Source: Euglena gracilis (lineage: Eukaryota). Taken from it: DNA of 64,000 bases. Position 1 is the first letter of the stretch. Each line of letters opens with the position of its first letter. Made by a program: the position numbers and the translations under genes. The stretch is taken from the NCBI GenBank assembly GCA_039621445.1, contig CP154954.1:33457455-33521454 (forward strand), read 5' to 3'. Shown here in pieces: positions 60,463-64,000 of the stretch. The notes under the pieces were generated by a model. That model had not been told where the DNA came from. It saw nothing but the letters and a program-made list of their open reading frames with translations, and made no database searches.

Positions 60463-63400
60463 CCCCCCCCCCTCGCCTCCGCGCGCCCCGCCCCTCCCCC
60501 CCCCCCCCCCCGGCCCCCCCCACCCCCCCCCCCCCCCCCCCACCCCCCCCCCCCCCCCCCCCCTTCTCCGCTTACCCTACAGCCAAAAAAACCTGATTTT
60601 TGGAACAAAATCAGCCAAAAACCTGTTAAAAACCTTATTTTTCCTCCGGCGCTGTGCGCCGGAGGAAATTTTTTTTCCAGTCCGGGGGACCACCGGACCC
60701 CCCCCCCCGGGAGGGAGGGGGGGTCTAGCTAGTCCACTTTTTCCAGTGTCTAGCCGATTGGCTAGCCAATACCCCCCCCCCCCGGGTCCTCAAGCAAAAG
60801 CCTGACCGCAGCCCTTCACACAATTTCATATTCCTCTCCTTTGCCCCCGTAAATTCTGCAGCGTTGGACATTCCACAACATGTTGAAATGCAGAAAAATT
60901 TGCGGAGGCCACTGTTATTGACAAAACAAAAAGGCGCTGAAATAAATTGCCCATGACACTTTTTCCCATTTCAGGTAACCCAGTGCGCCAATTATGAACC
61001 TTTATTATTTATTTTGCGGTCCAGCAATATGCGCATTAATACATACAGACGGACACTGTATGAGTGGCTTTCGGCTTTTGGCGCCCGCAATCTCCTTCAG
61101 CAGGGCTGACTTCTCTTGCAATGCTTTCTTCTTCTGCATCTTCACGCGGCAGCGCCATGAGACCCTTGCAATACACAAACTGTTCAATTTCACACGCAAC
61201 ATAATAGACATACAGCACAACACACAACACGCAATGTGCACAACCCACAAATACCCGCTCGACAGACACATATGTAACCCCCCTCATGCACACACTCGTC
61301 AGCGCAGTCCACCATCAATCACGTTCCAGGGGTCGCCTGAGCTCAGTTCCTCCTGGAACGTGCGCTCCCGCTCTGCCTCCTTCTCTGCCTGCAGCTCCCG
61401 CCGCTTCTTGCGGGCCGACTCCTTGCGCCGCAGGCTGGGCCCCATCTGCGGCGCCGCGATCTGCTCCGTGAAGCCCTGCGGACCCCAGCGGGAAGGCAGC
61501 CCAGCAGGCTATGAAGCCTGTGCAGGGGTGCGCACAGGCTTCTTTTGACAAGCCCGCCTTGGCATGGGGTTCCTGCCCATACCCCGGGGAGGGTCGGTTT
61601 TGGGCCCTTTCAAAAAAAAATGCATCTTTCTCATAGTTTGCACCCTTTTGCACATCTTTGCATACCTTGAGCTGCCTTGTTGCACCCCCCCCCCCCGATT
61701 TGCACCCCCCATCAACTGTCACCTGGGCAGTTTTTTGCCCCAAAACCCCCACCCAGGCCGGCCCCAGGGGTTGGGCCCAGGCTTCTTTTTAAGACCCCTG
61801 GTGGGGACCACCCCATCGGGCCGTCTAAGGGCATTTTCCAAAAAAAATTGGAAGTTCGCACGGAAACCCACACCTGGGCCTCTGGCCCAGGAGCCCCTGG
61901 GGGGTCTGGCCCCGGCCCCGGGGTCTTCCAAGTTAAAAAGAAGCCTGGTCGGGCCAGGCCCAACTGCCCACACTGGGTCCCTGGGTCGTTTAAAAAAAAT
62001 TAAACTTTAAACGTTCAAGTTTAAACTTTAGACTGTCAAGTTAAATTTGGAAATGAGGAAACTCAAAAGTGGAGAAAAGTTTGCTGGCATCCCCAACAAC
62101 GGTTCAGAGGGGAAATTAACTAAGGCTTTGCATTGGTGTTCCAGTTGGCTGTCCCCTCTAAGATTTGCCAGCCATCTCACCAACCTTTTTTGAAAAAGGT
62201 CAGACTGTACACTACTTCCTGTGATGGCAGTGATGGCCAATGTTTCAATAAAATGGCGGATTCCACCTGTCCAGCGAGCAAATTGAGAATATGGGGGGGG
62301 GGGGCATTTCAATCTCAAAAACGTGAGGCCCAATCCTAGCTGGAAGGCATTCAGGCCACCCATGTTGCTTACCTTACCTTAGGAATTTTTTTCTGACGAG
62401 TCATCAAATACGAGCGAAAATGGCAACTTCCCAACATGCAAAATCAGCAGGAGTAGACTGGTGGAGAAAATCTTTCATCTGCGCCAGGGGCTATTTTCAT
62501 TATGCAACATTTTTGATCCTCTAGATCCTGCAACACAGTGCACATTCTGAACAATCATTCGAACTTTTATCCACAAAAAGCACGGAAGCATGAACAAAAG
62601 AGTTTCCACATTTATTTAAAAAATTCGAAAAAGAAGGAACCATAGAAAAAATTGTCCACCAAAAGCAAGTGTGGTGCAAACTTGCAAATACCACGGTTGC
62701 CTGCCCAATTGCATTCACCCATTTTCATGATGCAACAACTGAAAATACAAAAACAAAAATTGGTGTATGTGACTTCAAGATGCCTGTGATTTGCTTTGGT
62801 GTATGCAACTTCATGATGCCTGTGATTTGATTTGCTGGATGTGACTCTGATGAGGTAGAAGATTTCCCTGTGAAATAACATTGAAAATTTTGGAGAATGG
62901 GGGGTCAAAACACAAAAAAAAATGTCCTAAAAATGCACACGCTCCAACATTTTCATTGTGCAAAAAAAATAAAAAACTGTGCAAAAAGAAAAGAAAATTA
63001 TCCAGAATTTGTATTATGAAAAACAGATGCAACTTATGCAACTTGCATACTCTCTCCCCTGTGCAAACCCACTGTGAACAAAAGGCCACATATACCTCTT
63101 CTTGGTGGTGGTACTTGAACTCTTCATATGCATGTTCAAAAACCTCTTGGTTGTTGGTGAACTCCTCGTCCTCCCAAGCACACGTGAGGTGGTGAACAAA
63201 GAGGGTTTTTAGCCAGAAAAGAAATGAGCACCATATTTAAAACAAACAAGAAACAGAACAAAATATTGCATATATCCTTCCTCACATAAATTTGCTTAGC
63301 TGGCAGTGCTTCCCTCTCCCTTCTAACAAATTTTTTCAGCTTTTGGTGCTTTGCCAAGGGTGATGAACTATGAGTCTTAAAATAGTTGTATGAATCTCCA

Positions 63401-63777
63401 CACAACCCCTGCTCAACCCATAAAGGGGTGGGTGGTGTCATGTCAATAACAAGAAGAATAATCGGATGACAGAACAAATCACAATTTAATTCTGAATTCT
63501 CCAATTTCCATGCTATATTATACTGGAGCAGAACACAAAAATGAAGGATTACATTTGCAACAACAAAAAAAATTCCTCACCAGCAAGAACATCCGAAGTC
63601 ACCTCGGGTGTGGCCAGTGGATGAAGGGGCCTCCGGAGGTTCTTCTGGGGCCCCTTCCTCTTCCTCCTCCTCGCTGGCCGCCTCCCCTCGGGATTTGGCC
63701 GACCTCCGCTTCGGTTTCGCCTCCTCCGCCTCCTCCGTTGCCTTTGTCCACGACCATCCGTCATTTATGAAGTAGTC
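55802..63777 (-). CDS. KRI1: KRI1-family 40S ribosome biogenesis protein (3' part; 5' end lies beyond the window)
   Basis: Exons ~63777-63616 (DYFINDGW..), 63173-63096 (EDEEFTNNQEVFEHAYEEFKYHHQEE), 61475-61343 (..SLRRKESARKKRRE..), 61150-61070 (..EKSALLKEIAG..), 60815-60808, 60136-59951 (..YDQLMSQVFNDDYYEE..), 59039-58902, 58463-58329, 57882-57796 (GYEDVIAGGTVKCRFKYR), 57638-~57591 (NIDPIRFEGLDTTDLL), ~57063-56982 (LPDATLDSIAPMRYLAAHR..), 56818-56723, 56415-~56224, ~55894-55802. The motif order matches KRI1 as I recall it (YEDII.DLPCRFKYR..FGLSTEEIL..DDKELN). Frame of the last exon is uncertain (stop at 55802 or 55780). Confidence 0.88.
56819..56981 (-). other. Nonconventional/intermediate intron with MITE termini (KRI1)
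   Basis: CGG|GTC CAGGCTTCTTT...AAAGAAGCCTG ACGGG|GAC. 11-bp perfect stem identical to the TIR of the 61778 MITE. Confidence 0.82.
57511..57590. repeat. (GA)40 microsatellite abutting a KRI1 exon
   Basis: Directly visible. Confidence 0.95.
57639..57795 (-). other. Nonconventional intron (KRI1)
   Basis: TAC CGC|GGC CATGC CTCGCC...GGCGAG..GCATG CTCTC|AAC. Pyrimidine|purine at both junctions; restores RFKYR-NIDP. Confidence 0.85.
60137..60807 (-). other. Nonconventional intron formed by a MITE insertion in KRI1
   Basis: Minus strand: ..GGCTGC|GGT CAGGCTT...AAGCCTG GCTGC|GGT GCA. Perfect 8-bp direct repeat GCTGCGGT (plus strand ACCGCAGC at 60134-60141 and 60805-60812). In-frame join K-G-C|G-A-L. 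Confidence 0.85.
60142..60804. mobile_element. hAT-like MITE, TIR CAGGCTT, perfect 8-bp TSD
   Basis: accgcagc|CAGGCTT...AAGCCTG|accgcagc. No ORF. Internal duplicated segment (ttttggaacaaaatcagccaaaaacctg) and a poly-C tract. Confidence 0.85.
61778..61947. mobile_element. hAT-like MITE inside a GT-AG intron of KRI1
   Basis: gttgggcc|CAGGCTTCTTTTTAA...TTAAAAAGAAGCCTG|gtcgggcc (TSD 7/8); 170 bp. Confidence 0.85.
63174..63615 (-). other. Nonconventional intron (KRI1)
   Basis: ACT|GGC CACACCCGAGGTG...CACCTCACGTGTG CTTGG|GAG; 11 of 13 bp pair; in frame. Confidence 0.8.
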
Positions 63778-64000
63778 GGCGCAGGGCCCCCCATGTCACA
63801 ACCATCTTTCCGCCGGGCGGATGGAACCTTGTCTCCCCGAAGTGGTCCCAGGTTTCCAGTCCAGGGGGGGCACTGGTTTTTCAGGAATGCCTCCTTGGGA
63901 TCCTTGGAACTGAGGCCAGGGCAAGTGGGACCGCTGGTCCCAGGCACAACCTGGGTTGGGAAATGCCAAGCAGCCAGCAATGAGGGTAGGCTGGTGCAAC

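Noticed and set aside
60254-60805. Poly-Pro/poly-Gly ORFs
   Set aside because: Poly-C tract inside the MITE intron, probably with unreliable homopolymer lengths.

Overview
Eukaryotic, intron-rich DNA. The intron structure points to a euglenid (Euglena-like) nuclear genome, but this is inference. All genes I can support lie on the minus strand as short GC-rich exons: (1) a hypothetical multi-exon gene starting at ATG 9422; (2) a ~27 kb NLR-like/STAND gene (38720->11362) with an unknown N-terminal domain, NACHT NTPase, pentapeptide repeats and 14 WD40 repeats encoded about one per phase-1 exon; (3) isolated exons of a possible third gene near 50.7-53.8 kb; (4) the 3' part of a KRI1 ribosome-biogenesis gene (>63777->~55802). 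Many introns lack GT-AG ends. Instead they have complementary termini pairing from intron position +4 with position -6 (usually CAG...CTG), the hallmark of euglenid nonconventional introns. The non-coding DNA is full of short non-autonomous DNA transposons with CAGG...CCTG-type terminal inverted repeats (TIRs) and 8-bp target-site duplications (TSDs). One element (60142-60804, perfect TSD) sits in a KRI1 exon and is exactly a nonconventional intron: 3 nt of one TSD copy + element + 5 nt of the other copy. Splicing therefore restores the pre-insertion sequence. This suggests a hAT-like MITE 'introner' system whose 8-bp TSD explains the +4/-6 geometry. All exon and intron boundaries were inferred by hand from reading frame, motif continuity and complementarity, with no RNA data. 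Homopolymer-length errors appear likely in this assembly.
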